A stretch of DNA of 64,000 nt from Octopus vulgaris. Taxonomy: Eukaryota. Position numbers and translations under genes: made by a program. Below, piece by piece: positions 24,598 to 37,035 of this stretch. The stretch is taken from assembly GCA_951406725.2 (NCBI GenBank), contig OX597814.1:620001-684000 (forward strand). The letters run 5' to 3'. The number at the start of each line of letters is the position of its first letter. The first letter of the stretch is position 1. The notes below the pieces were generated by a model. It saw only the letters and a list, made by a program, of their open reading frames with translations. It was not told where the DNA came from and made no database searches.

Positions 24598-24768
24598 TGG
24601 AGAATTCACAAAAGAAAAAAACAAAGGACAAAGACAGGTGGTGTAGACAACAAACAGATGTATTAGTTTTATGCTTGGGGAGTGAAAAAGTCTTTAACAT
24701 TTCGAGCCTATGCTCTTCCACAGAAAGGAACAAGGAGAGAAAATAAAGAATATGTAGTGGCTAGCAAT
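24598..24768 (-). mobile_element. (TA)n-embedded element with hammerhead-like motif class d (24692-24727)
   Basis: Minus strand cttt-CTGTGGA-a-gagc(atag)gctc-GAAA-tg-TT-aaag. Sister copies at 34168-34360 (+) and 60707-60860 (-), fragment at 16325-16385. Confidence 0.65.
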
Positions 24769-24859
24769 ATATATATATATATATAGAAAATAGTAAAAAG
24801 TGAAAAAAATGAAAAAACTACAGAAGGCTTAAAGGTTAAAAAATATATATATTTGCGTC

Positions 24860-25470
24860 AATATGTCTGAAGAATATTAAAAAAATTTTTTTCCTTACAA
24901 TGACATAGTTTAGAAGAAAGACCGGTTTCGCGTTTAGCTTTTCAAATTTCTTACGACGTTATGTTTATGTTGAATAGAGTTATCATTATGTTTATGTTTA
25001 AAAGAGTTCTAAATAAGGGGAGGTAATGAGTGATTTCTTCCGGTGTAAGGGAGATAATCGCTTAAAATTTTTTTCCTTTTCCCTTGGTGTGAATTTCTCT
25101 GTATCAGTATGTTGGCATGGTTAAGTCTGGGCTTGTACTTTTCAATGGAGAATGTTTCCTTGTTTAGTCTAATTTGTGTTGATGATCCGATAGCACATTG
25201 GTAAAATGGAAAGATTAAAAATTGTGGTAGTAGTTGCTTTGCGCATTTCTCAATGTGCTCACTAAAAGGTATCATTCTGTATTCTGGGAATGCAATCTGT
25301 TGTCGATGCAGTGTGCATCTACGTCTGAGTGATAGTCCCGTGGATTCCACGTAGTCTTGGTGGCAGCCCGAGCATTTTATGACATAAATTATGTTTTCAG
25401 AGGCACAAGTAAAGTTAGATCTGATCTTGAATTTCTGTCCCTGGATAAGAATTCTGTCTTCTGGATAAGA
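24860..25470 (-). pseudogene. Penelope-like element 3' remnant: GIY-YIG endonuclease and degenerate hammerhead
   Basis: FKIRSNFTCASENIIYVIKCSGCHQDYVESTGLSLRRRCTLHRQQI...FSEH...RLNKETFSIEKYKPRLN. Downstream (24914-24952): aagaaa-tttgaaaa-gc(taaac)gc-GAAA-ccgg-TC-tttctt. Confidence 0.85.
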
Positions 25471-25628
25471 AGTGTTCTTTGTTTCCAGTGTTTCCATGTA
25501 AAATCATGCCTGGCCAAGGGGTAATATAACTTGGCTTAGAAACAGATGAGGGTTAGTGACAGGAAGGGCATAGAAAAATTACTATTTTTAAATCTCCCAA
25601 CAAGAGATATTCAGCAACAGTACTTTGG

Positions 25629-25911
25629 AGTAAAGATTATTTGCCAACATAACATGGCAGTCCTGGTTTAGGACGAATGTTGCTGTAATTTAGCCCCAGG
25701 AGACATCGTCTCCAGGTGGCTATACAACACGATCTGCATCCTTATATTTTCGAACAAGGGAATCTAGCATCCCCACCCAAAAATATTGTTTGAAAATGTA
25801 AGGACACAGATCGTGTATAGTCAGCTGGAGACGATGTCTCCTGGGGCTAAATTACAGCAACATTTGTCCTAAAGCAGGACTGCCATGTTATGTTGGCAAA
25901 TAATCTTTACT
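25629..25911. mobile_element. Foldback MITE-like element with ~125-bp inverted arms
   Basis: 25629-25756 is the reverse complement of 25787-25911, with a ~30-bp spacer. Confidence 0.85.
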
Positions 25912-26367
25912 ACAAAACTGACTTTGCCTGTACGTGTGCCATGTAAAATGCATTCAGTTCACTCTGCAGGGTAAATGGTGTTAAGAAGGGCATCCATCCG
26001 TAAAACCCCTACCAAAACAGACACAGAAGTCTGGTGCAGGTTCCTACCTGGCCAGCCCCTGTCAAACCATCCAACCATGCCAGCATAGAAGGCAGACGTT
26101 AAATGATGATGATGATGATGATGATGTAAGGGATGCGTGTGTGTATGCATGTGTGTGTGTGTGTATCTGTGCAAAATAAACACACATATTTCACAAGGCA
26201 TACATGATGTTTTGTGCAAAGCATTTGTCACTGAGAGTGATCTATAATTAAAAACTAATTGAAAACTTAATTAGATCTATGTCAAAAGCCTGTACAAGTG
26301 GAAATTAATAGAACCCACAATATTCAGATACAAAGAACTTGTATGTGTGCATAAAACATTAATAACC

Positions 26368-26588
<221 letters not shown>

Positions 26589-27300
26589 GATATCAAATAT
26601 ATTTATGTATTTCATCAGACTTCTTCAGCTATGATTGCACATCCGCTTCAAAAGTATGTGTATATAGCACAAATGTGGGTCGTTATATAATGATAGATAA
26701 TTACAGTACACACACCACCCTCGCCCTCCTCATTTAACTTCCGCTTTCCATGCTGGCAAGGGTTGGCTAAAACTTGCTGAGGCAGATTTTCTATTGGCTG
26801 AATGTTCTTCTGTTGCAAGCTTTTACTTGTTTCCAAGAAAGATAAAAACTTCCCCATGCTCAGTGTTTTCGTGGAAAATTGAAAACGAAGGCCACTGCTT
26901 GCACGACAGCAACACTCAACTATCACGTGATGCGAAGACAATGAAAGAGCAACACACACCATTATCATTGAACATCCATTTTCCATGCTGGCATGGGTTG
27001 GATGGTTTGACAGGAACTGGCAAGGCCAGGGTCCACACCAGGTTCCACTGCCTGTTTTGGACTGGTTTCTACAGCTGGATGCCCTTCCAAATGCCAACCC
27101 CTTTACAGAGTAGACTGGGTACTTTTTACATGGCACCAAAAACCGTGCTTTTGAAGTGCTAGGGGATGAAATGTGGGTGGGGACAAAAGGCTGACAGGGC
27201 CGACAGGGTCATTAAGTACCTTACAAGGCAAAAGCCCCTCAACTGAGAGGGGGAGTAGTATTGAGTGGACGTGGTTTTGTGGAAGTTGAGAAATTTAAGG

Positions 27301-27566
27301 CAGCGTTTTTCAAACTGTGGGTCCCGACCCTTCAATGGGTCACGACCCTTCAATGGGTCACGAGATAAATAAAATGGGTCTCGACAAAAAGAGAAAGAAA
27401 AGATGCAAGTGGGTGCAAAGTGGAGTATGTAAACGATCTAAATATTGCACTCATAAACCATTGCTAGCTTTACCGAGTAAATTTAATCCACATGGGTATA
27501 ATGGGTCGCAATGCAAAATGTGGTTCTTGCTGTGGGATGCAGCAAAAAAAGGTTTGAAAAATACTG
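27301..27566. mobile_element. hAT (Charlie-like) MITE
   Basis: TIR cagcgtttttcaaac / gtttgaaaaatactg. 8-bp TSD atttaagg/atttaaag. Internal 19-bp tandem duplication. Confidence 0.8.
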
Positions 27567-27620
27567 ATTTAAAGTATAGAAGGGACAAATATAGGTGTTT
27601 GCTGAAGAGTAGACACGTGG

Positions 27621-27855
27621 ATACCTATTTCTTTACTACCCACAAGGGACTAAACACAGAGAGGACAAACAAGGACAGACAAACAGATTAAGTCGATTAT
27701 ATCGACCCCAGAGCATAACTGGTACTTAATTAATCGACCCCGAAAGGATGAAAGGCAAAGTCGACCTCATCGAAATTTGAACTCAGAACGTAACGGCAGA
27801 CAAAATACTGTTAAGCATTTCACCCGGCGTGCTAACATTTCTGCCAGCTCACCAC
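27621..27855 (-). mobile_element. Family C SINE
   Basis: Reverse complement of 12948-13186. Confidence 0.88.
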
Positions 27856-28847
27856 ATGGATACCTCAGTTGCAAAAGAAAGGAGAGCAGTAAGATAAAGA
27901 GAACGATAGAATTAAGTAAATGTACAAGATTGTGTACCCTATGGTAAGCCTAAGTGAGATTGTACATTGGTTGGGGTAGAAATTCCATAAATACAGAACT
28001 GGTGCCTATTTTTAATCCAAGATGGCATATTTCCACTTAATGGTTTTTCACCAATCCATACAGAACATTGTTACTAAGTAAGTATATTAGTATAGCTCCC
28101 AGTACAGTGAGAACTTGTGACCTAATCTTTGAATTCACACAAACTAATTCCCTGGAAGAGAGGAAGAATTGCCATAGACACAGGCATGGCTATGATAAGA
28201 GGTCTGCATGGGTTGGATGGTTTGACTGAGGACTGGTGAGCAAGAAGGCTGCACCAGGCTCCAATCAGATCTGGCAAAGTTTCTACAGCTGGATGCCCTT
28301 CCTAATGTCAACCACTCCAAGAGTGTAGTGGGTGCTTTTATGTGACACTGGCACGAGGGCCAGTCAAAAGGTGTTTTTATGTGCTACCTGCACGGGACCC
28401 AGTCCAGCGGCACTGGCAACGACCATCCTCGAATGTTGTTTTTCACTAGCACATGTGCTGGTAGGGCAATGCTGGCAACGATCACGCTCGAATGGTACTT
28501 TTCACATGTCACCAGCATGGGAGCCAATCCATGGCCCTGGCAACGATCATGCTCAGATGTGCTTTTAATGTTCCACTGGCACGAGTGCCAATCAAGCGGT
28601 ACTGTCATCAGCCATGGCAACAAAAGGATTAAGGCATTAGGGATACACTTTGTGGGATATTTTGCTGCTATTTCCAGCTGGTCCAGCAACCTTATAGAGA
28701 TTCCCTGCTTGGCATATTCTTGAGAGTTTGTTTTCAGGTTGAAGAATTTAAGTATGATTTGATCTAATCTTTGAACTGTATGAAAACAGAGACCCCAGAA
28801 GGGGTGGAGGAAGTAGAAAGTAAACTATTGTTTTTTATACGCTTGTT

Positions 28848-29076
28848 TTAACCCTTTTGTTATTGTATTTCTGTTGAGATGCTCTGTGTTTCTTTCAATT
28901 AATTTAAATATAACAAAGAATTTAGTAAAATAACTTAGTTATCATTCAGCTAGTGTTAGGAACATAAATTGTGACTAAGGTTTGGTGGAAGATTTTTATT
29001 AAGAACTTATGAAAACAAAACATTTGTACTACAGAGCCAGAACCAGTTTCAGCCAGGTTCATAACAAAAGGGTTAA
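28848..29076 (-). mobile_element. Single family E TTAA MITE
   Basis: TTAAcccttttgtta...taacaaaagggTTAA. Confidence 0.88.
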
Positions 29077-29469
29077 ATACTGAAGCATTGTGTGATGGGG
29101 CAGAAGTTCATAAAGGTAAAAACCTTGTCAATCACAAAACTGAACTGTGTTTGTCCCCCACTGAGAGACAACAAGGTTGAAATTCACTTCAAATGGCTGA
29201 ACATTCATACAAAATCCTGTTAAGACTTGTTACCAGAACTTCTAAATAGCAAAAAAAAAGACCTTGACTTAAAACTTCACCCTTTTTAAACTTGATAATA
29301 ATTGTTGAATATCAAGTGATATTTAGTTATGAACCTATAAGTTTTGAGTTCATTTCCTACTGAGTTCACCATTTTGTCTTTTAATCTACCACAGAAGGAT
29401 GAAAGTTAAAGTACCAATGATTTGATAGTTGGCTTTCAGCAAGCATTTTGGGAATCCCTTCCCCAGCAT

Positions 29470-29620
29470 AGACCCTGTCTTCTTGCAATTTATGAACAGA
29501 CCCTTCCTCTCACTTTCTCAAACCATTACAGCCAGAAGTCTCTGAAGTTCCTTTTCTGATTCTGCAAAGTCACACTGTGTCGTCTGCATATCTTACGTTT
29601 GTGATATTTCTGCTATATTT
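29470..29620 (-). pseudogene. RTE-clade LINE reverse transcriptase fragment
   Basis: RNITNVRYADDTV, frameshift, then FAESEKELQRLLAVMV*ESERKGLFINCKKT. Confidence 0.8.
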
Positions 29621-29687
29621 CCTGATATTTCGCATGGACGGAAAAGCATAATGCCAACAATACCCATTACATGACAATTAATACTAG

Positions 29688-30125
29688 TACGGTAGAGCCT
29701 CACAGTACGGGTGCCCCATTGCCCCCTCATCACGAAAAGGTTAATTAATTTAACCTAAGCTATAATATTTCAATTTGCTGTATGAACCAAGACTCGTGTG
29801 AACTTTTGTCTCTAAGTACAAGTGAAAATCCACAGTACGAGCACACAAATCATCCCATCTTTAAAGAAATTCAGTTAATAAAACTAGTTGACATATTTCT
29901 TTTGCATTCTCTTTTACTTTATAATTATCATTTTACTTGTAACGACACCTTTTCTGTTTTAAAACTGATAAAAAAAAAATTTTTGAGTGGTTTTGTTGGG
30001 GGCTGGAACGGATTAATTATATTTTAGTTAATTACAATAGGGAAAATTGATTTGTAAAATGAGTAAATCGTAAAACGAATTCGGTCATGGAACGAATTAA
30101 ACTCGTACTGCGAGATATCACTATA
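29688..30125. mobile_element. Possible pogo/Tigger-like MITE
   Basis: Imperfect TIR TA-cggtagagcctcacagtacg / cgtactgcgagatatcacta-TA. Confidence 0.45.
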
Positions 30126-31336
30126 TTCTGATAATGTGAATGGAATTCTAACAGAAGACCAAGACAATAACAAAAACAAAAAAAAAAACGTCCATTTTAA
30201 AGTTTTCATATTTTAATTAAAACTTCTTGGATAATTTAATTTCACAAACTTTTATCAATTCTTATTGTAAAAACTAGTTTAGTAATTAAAAACTCAGTTA
30301 TTTTATTAAATCCCACTGAATTTTTAATTATTTCCACAACAAAAACACACAGACTCAGTATGTTTAATTTGAAATGTCGTCATGAAAAGGTTAATTAATT
30401 TAACCTAAGCCATAATAATAATTACTTTGTAATAATTAATATACGGTTGTGTGTTTTAGGAAAAAGACTTCTTGTATCTAAAAGAGGACTGTCTGTCCGT
30501 CTCTTCTCTCTCGCTATCTTTCTGTATATATGTACGTATGTGTGTATGTATGTGTGTGTGTATGTGTCTGTCTGTCTGTCTCTTCCACAGTTCTTAAGTG
30601 AGAGTGAGATAAGAGATGAAAGGGGCAGAGAGAGAGAGAGAAAAAGAGAGAAACAGGAAGAGTGTGTGAGAAAAGAGGAGAGAGGTAAAAGAGGAAAATG
30701 GCTTCAGAGAGGATAAGAAAGAAAGAAAGAAAGAAAGAGATGAATAGAATCAGAGACGTGTGAGAGTGGAGAGGTAAGACAGAAGTTGATGAAAGATGAG
30801 ACAGGAATAGATGAAAGTGATGAAATGAAAGAAAATATAAATGAGAGAGAAAATATTGGTTTCCAATTTTGGGGGAGGGGGTAAGCCGATTACCTTGACC
30901 CCCAGGACTCAACTGGTGCCAAATTTTATTGACCCCCAAAAGAATGAAAAGCTAAGTTGATTCCAGTGGAACTTGAATCTCAGAATGTGAAGGCAGACAA
31001 AACGTTGCTAGGCATTTTCCCTAGCAACTCACCATTTTGTGTGAGGGAAAATTTAATATTCAGTAAACAGGATGTTATTTCACACTAAGTGAAAAACTGA
31101 GTGAGCAGACATGAGATTAAAGCATTCCAACCATGACCATCAGCATATATTTTTAGGCAAAACTTATCCTGTACTTCTTCAACCCAATGTGTCTGTGTTA
31201 TAAAGTGGTAGCGAACGAGGAGATACTAGGCTGCTATTTCTAGCAGGTCAAGCAATTACAAAGAACAAGAATAGAACTTCCTACCCTAGTTCTACAAAAG
31301 CCCTAACTGGACAACATATTCCATGGGATACAGGTC

Positions 31337-31610
31337 TCTTGTCTTGTCTTGAGACAGCATCCACCCGAGGTGGGTTGAGCTGGCTTCATTCATCCTCAAT
31401 GCTGCATCTCTCACAAACGCCGACCAGGCCGGGAGATTTGAGGCTAACGACTGCGTGATCTCCAACCAATTCTTATTCCAGCAGCAAACGTTGTAGATAC
31501 GGGGGCCTAGGTTGGGTTCCAGATCAGCCTTGACTGTCATCAGCCAGGTTTTTCGTTGTCCACCACATTGCTTTCGCCAACCCTGAAGGGGAGCTGGGAC
31601 AGTTCAGGTA
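31337..31610 (-). pseudogene. RTE-clade LINE 3' end with (CAAGA)n tail
   Basis: GWRKQCGGQRKTWLMTVKADLEPNLGPRIYN...WNKNWLEITQSLASNLPAWSAFVRDA, ending caagacaagacaaga. Confidence 0.75.
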
Positions 31611-32059
31611 TATAGGTGCAAGAATTACTGTGTGGTAAGAAGCTTGCTTCCCAACCACGTCGTTCTGGGTTCAGTTCCACTGCGTGGCACCTCGGGTAAG
31701 TGTCTTCTACTATGACCTTGGGCTGACCAAAGCCTTGTGAGTAGATTTGGTAGGTGGAAACTGAAAGAAGCCTGTCAGACATATCACTATCATCATCATC
31801 GTTTAACGTCCATCTTCCATGTTGGCATGGGTGGATGGTTTGACAGAAGGTGGCCAAGCAGGAGTCCTGCACCAGACTTCTGTCAGTTTTGGCGAGCTTT
31901 TTATGGTTGGGTGTCCTTCCTAACTCTAACCCAACAGAGTGGACGGATATGTGTGTGTGTATGTATGTGTGTGTGTGTGTGTGTTTGTGTGTGTATGTAT
32001 GTGTGTGTTTGTGTGTGCGTGTATTTGTGTGTGTATGTGTATGTTTGTGTGTGTATGTA

Positions 32060-32110
<51 letters not shown>

Positions 32111-32576
32111 ACCACTGCTGGAGAATTGGTGTTGGTGTGTTTACATCCCCATAACCTAGCAGTCCAGCAAATGAGACCAATAGAGCAAGTATCAGGCTTT
32201 AAAAATATATTTTTAAATGGGACCCCAATTCATTTGGCTGAAAATTCTTCAAGGCAGTGGTTGCAGCCAAGAAAAAGATAAAAAGATCTAACAGGATGGT
32301 CCTGGCCGGAACACCATCAGATCCTAGGTCTGCTTGGCACTAAACAACAACAACAACAACAACAAAAACACTTTGTTTTATTTCATTTTCATCCCATTTG
32401 CTGACTTCCTGGTCATTATGAAATATTTGACAGATTTAGATCAAGGAGGAATGTGTTTCCATGAGATAACCAAATATGGGCATCCATTGTGGCGCCCAGC
32501 GTGCGATCATTAGAACATACTCATTATAAATTTTTGGTAATTCATTCATGTAGCATAGATTTAGAGAAATTGCTTT

Positions 32577-33365
32577 ATATCTATTTCTTTACTACCCACA
32601 AGGGGCTAAACACAGAGGGGACAAACAAGGACAGGCAAAGGAATCAAGTCAATTACATCGACCCCAGTGCATAACTGGTACTTATTTAATCGACCCCGAA
32701 AGGATGAAAGGCAAAGTCGACCTCGACGGAATTTGAACTCAGAACGTAACGGCAGACAAAATACCTATTTCTTTACTACCCACAAGGGGCTAAACACAGA
32801 GGGGACAAACAAGGACAGACAAACAGATTAAGTCAATTACATCGACCCCAGTGCATAACTGATACTTATTTAATCGACCCCGAAAGGATGAAAGGCAAAG
32901 TCGATCTCGACGGAATTTGAACTCAGAACGTAAAGACAGACGAAATACCTATTTCTTTACTACCCACAAGGGGCTAAACACAGAGGGGACAAACAAGGAC
33001 AGACAAACGGATTAAGTCAATTACATCGACCCCAGTGCATAACTGGTACTTATTTAATTGACCCCGAAAGGATGAAAGGCAAAGTCGACCTCAGCGGAAT
33101 TTGAACTCAGAACGTAAAGACAGACGAAATACCTATTTCTTTACTACCCACAAGGGGCTAAACACAGAGGGGACAAACAAGGACAGACAAACGGATCAAT
33201 CGATTATATCGACCCCAGTGCATAACTGGTACTTATTTAATCGACCCCGAAAGGATGAAAGGCAAAGTCGGCCTCGGAGGAATTTGAACTCAGAATGTAA
33301 CAGCAGACGAAATACAGCTAAGCATTTCACCTGGCGTGCTAACGCTTCTGCCAGCTCACCGCCTT
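32577..33365 (-). repeat. Head-to-tail array of family C SINE: one full copy plus three 5'-truncated 184-bp units
   Basis: ctatttctttactacccacaagggg recurs at 32581, 32765, 32949 and 33133. Confidence 0.95.
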
Positions 33366-34167
33366 AAAGGAAAATGAACATTAAATGATTAAAGCTGGTG
33401 CCACATGAGGAGCAACTTTGCTGGTGCCACATGAGGAGCACCCAGTACACCCCTTAAAACGACTGGCGTTAGGAAGGCTGTCCGGCTGGAGAAGCCATGC
33501 TGAAACACACAATTGGAGCCTGGTGCCAGCTCCTGTCAAACTGTCCAACCCATGCCAGCATGGAAAATGGATGTTAAATGATGATGATGATGATGATGAT
33601 GATGAGTATGTGCGTGTGTAAAACTTTGTGTAGACATCACGTGATGGTTGCAAACGAGTATCTCTGTTATACTCATGAGGTTGTTCCTTTCCAGTCTTCC
33701 ATGAAAAACATGTCTGGAGAAATATTACCTTGCTTGGAAACAAGGTGAGGGTTGGTGATGATGACGATGATGATGACGATGATGATGAAGAGATTTATTG
33801 AAGTATGAATATCGACCATATTTGTAGCAAGACATATTCTAGTTTACGACTGGTGCCATCTGACACCCATTAACCTAACAATTCCAGTAGAAGTGCCACA
33901 GCTGAGAATGGTAAATATCTTTTCTGACATTTACATAAAATGAGATTTTTCTTCTCCTAGAAAAACATTTTGCAGTCAAGAAAACACTAACAGTACTTAA
34001 GTTCAGGATGTGTATAAACTGCTATATATATATATATATATATATATGCTTTAACACTACATTGGGTTGGTGGGGTTTACAAATACATAGGTGTGTGTGT
34101 ATGTGTGTGTATATATATACAGATAGATAGATAGAGAGATAGATAGACAGACAGACAGATATATACA

Positions 34168-34360
34168 TCAACAGAAATAGCCAGTGAAATCCTTCATTGT
34201 CTCTCTCTCTTTATTTTCTCTTATTCCTTTCTGTTGAAGAGCATAGACTCGAAATGTAAAAGACTTTTCCGTTTTTCCCCCGAGTGTCAAACTAATACAC
34301 TTGCTTGTTGTTCCTGCACCTGCCTTTGTCATTGTTTTTCTATGAATTTGAACTCTCTCT
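34168..34360 (+). mobile_element. Element with hammerhead-like motif class d (34227-34262)
   Basis: cttt-CTGTTGA-a-gagc(atag)actc-GAAA-tg-TA-aaag, flanked by microsatellites. Confidence 0.6.
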
Positions 34361-35504
34361 ATACACACACACACACACACACATAAAATGGAGCATGGTG
34401 TGATCTCTAGCCTTGCCAGCTCTTGTCAACCTGTCCAACTCATGCCAGCATAGAGAATGGATGTTAAATGATGATAATGATGATGGTGGTAAGGATGATG
34501 ATGATGATATATCATCCTCACCATCATCATTTAGCATCCATTTTCCGTGCTGGCATGAGTTGGACAGTTTAAGAGAAGCTGGCCAACCAAAGGGCAGCTG
34601 TCCAGGTCCCACTTGTCTGTTCCAGCATGGTCTCTACAGCTGGATGCTGTTCCTAATGCCATCCACTTTACAGAGTGTCCACTGGGTGCATTTTACGGGG
34701 CACCAGCACCTACAAGCCCACAAGATTAGGAATGTTCAACTGGAGTGGGATGCAGGGGACACATGCCTATATGCAAGGAGAATCACTATTTTACTTAGTT
34801 TCACATATGTGTGTGTGTATATATATATATTTGAGTGGGGCAGTCGCCAATGCTACCTCACTGGCTCCCGCGCCAGTGGCATGTAAAAAGCACCATTTGA
34901 ACATGGTCGTTGCCACTACCGCCTGACTGGCCCTTGTGCCGGTGGCATGTAAAAAGCACCCACTACTCTCTTGGAGTGGTTGGCATTAGGAAGGGCATCC
35001 AGCTGTAAAAACCTTGTCAGATCAGACTGGAGCCTGGTGCAGCCCTCTGGTTTGCCAGTCCTCAGTCAAACCATGCCAGCATGGAAAGTGGATTTTAAAT
35101 TACTATGATGATGCTAATGTTGATGATCATGATGATATATATATATATATATATATACAAAAGAAAACAGAAATAGGGAAAGCTGGTAACACGGCAACTA
35201 TGACCAACATCTTAACCCATGCCACTATCGTCCACCACTACCATCATGTGAAAATAGATCACAACAACCCTGACCAACACTTGGAAGGTTGCTGCTGCTG
35301 ACTTAAGTGCCAAACAGTTTAAAACAGTGTTTCTCAACGTTATTACCCTTACGTAACCCTTAAAATTACATGTCTCAAGGAACCCCTGCACAAAAGAAAT
35401 TATATCCCATATCATTCTCGTATATTTTTCATCGTAGTTCACATGGACCAGCATGGAGGTACAGAGAACCAACACAAATCTACATAAAACCAAACCAAAA
35501 ATGT

Positions 35505-36198
35505 TTAACCCTTTCGTTACCAACCCGGCTGGAACAGGTTCTGGCTCTGTGGTACAAATGTCTGGTTTTCATAAGTTTTGAATTAAAATCTTCCACCAAA
35601 CCTTAGTCACAATTTGTGTTCCTAACATTAGCTGAATGATAACTAAGTTATTTTACTAAATTCTTTGTTATATTTAAAATTAATTGAAAGAAACACAGAG
35701 CATCTCAACAGAAATAAGCAGAAATTTAATTTAACCCTTTTGATACCAACCCAGCTAAAACCGCCTCAGGTTCTGTAGTACAAATAAATGTCTTGTTTCC
35801 ATAAGTTTTGAATTAAAATCTTCCACCAAACCTTAGTCACAATTTATGTTCCTGACACTAGCTTAATGATGACTAAGTTATTTTACTAAATTCTTTATGC
35901 TTAAAATCAATTGAAAGAAACACAGAACATCTCAACAGAAATAAGGTAATAGAAGGGTTAAAATATATAATAGAGAAAGTTTTTTTTAACCCTTCTGATA
36001 CCAATCTGGCTAAAACCACCTCTGGCTCTGTAGCACAAATGTCTTGCTTTCATAAGTTCTGAATCAAAATCTTCCACCAAACCTTAGTCACAATTTATGT
36101 TCCTAACTAAGTTATTTTACTAAATTCTTTGTTATATTTAAAATTGATTGAAAGAAACACAGAACATCTCAACAGAAATACGGTAACGAAAGGGTTAA
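35505..36198 (+). mobile_element. Three tandem family E TTAA MITEs
   Basis: Copies start at 35505, 35731 and 35986 with TTAA-ccctt. The last two end aaggg-TTAA. Confidence 0.9.
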
Positions 36199-36833
36199 TA
36201 TGGTTGTGCATTCAGAATTGCTTCAGCCTGGGCTGTTCCTGCCAGCTCTTTACCTTCTCACCATGTGTAAAAGTTGTGTAGTAAGTAGCAATATCATTAT
36301 CATCTCCTGGTTGGATTCACCCCTGCTACAAGACCCTAACAGAGGTGGGGAGCACGGGGACAAGGGGGTGGCAGGAAGAAAACATTTCACCTAGCAACAA
36401 GGGCATTCTACCTTTCACCAGGCACGGGGGAGGGGGAGTCATCGGTTACTGACCCCCCCCTTCCACCCACCCTGTGTGACCCCCTAATCCCTTACACACA
36501 CATACACACAAAAACTGTTCCTGCCAAACTTTTAACAACTTCCTGCCCTCCTCTCTCTCTCTCTCTCTCTCTCATTTCCAGTGAGGCCTCCCACACATTT
36601 AACCAACCCCCCCATCCTTTTCACTAACCCTAACAGCACACCCAGGCCCCTAATTATCACCTACAAGCCCCTACTCCACTCAATAGCTTCTGTCACTCAG
36701 CCACCACCCTCACTCCCCCCCACCCCCACTCCCCCTGCAACAACCCCCAACCCTTCACCGGGGGGGGGGGGGGGCTTAGTTTTGGAGGTTGTTCATCAGA
36801 TATCCACTACAGCTGCAACATCTGTTATTGTGG

Positions 36834-37035
36834 ACCACCACCACCACCACCACCACCACTACTATTATTACTACTACTACTACTACAATTGATGATGCTA
36901 CCACGCTGCTTACGACTACCACCATCACCACCATCACTACTACTACTACTACAATTGATGATGCTACCACTCTGCTTACAACTACCACCACCACCACCAA
37001 CACCATCACCACCACCACTGCTGCTGCATCTACCA
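36834..37035. repeat. (CAC/TAC)n trinucleotide tract with a duplicated ~65-bp unit
   Basis: actacaattgatgatgctaccac(g/t)ctgcttac occurs twice in tandem. Confidence 0.85.
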
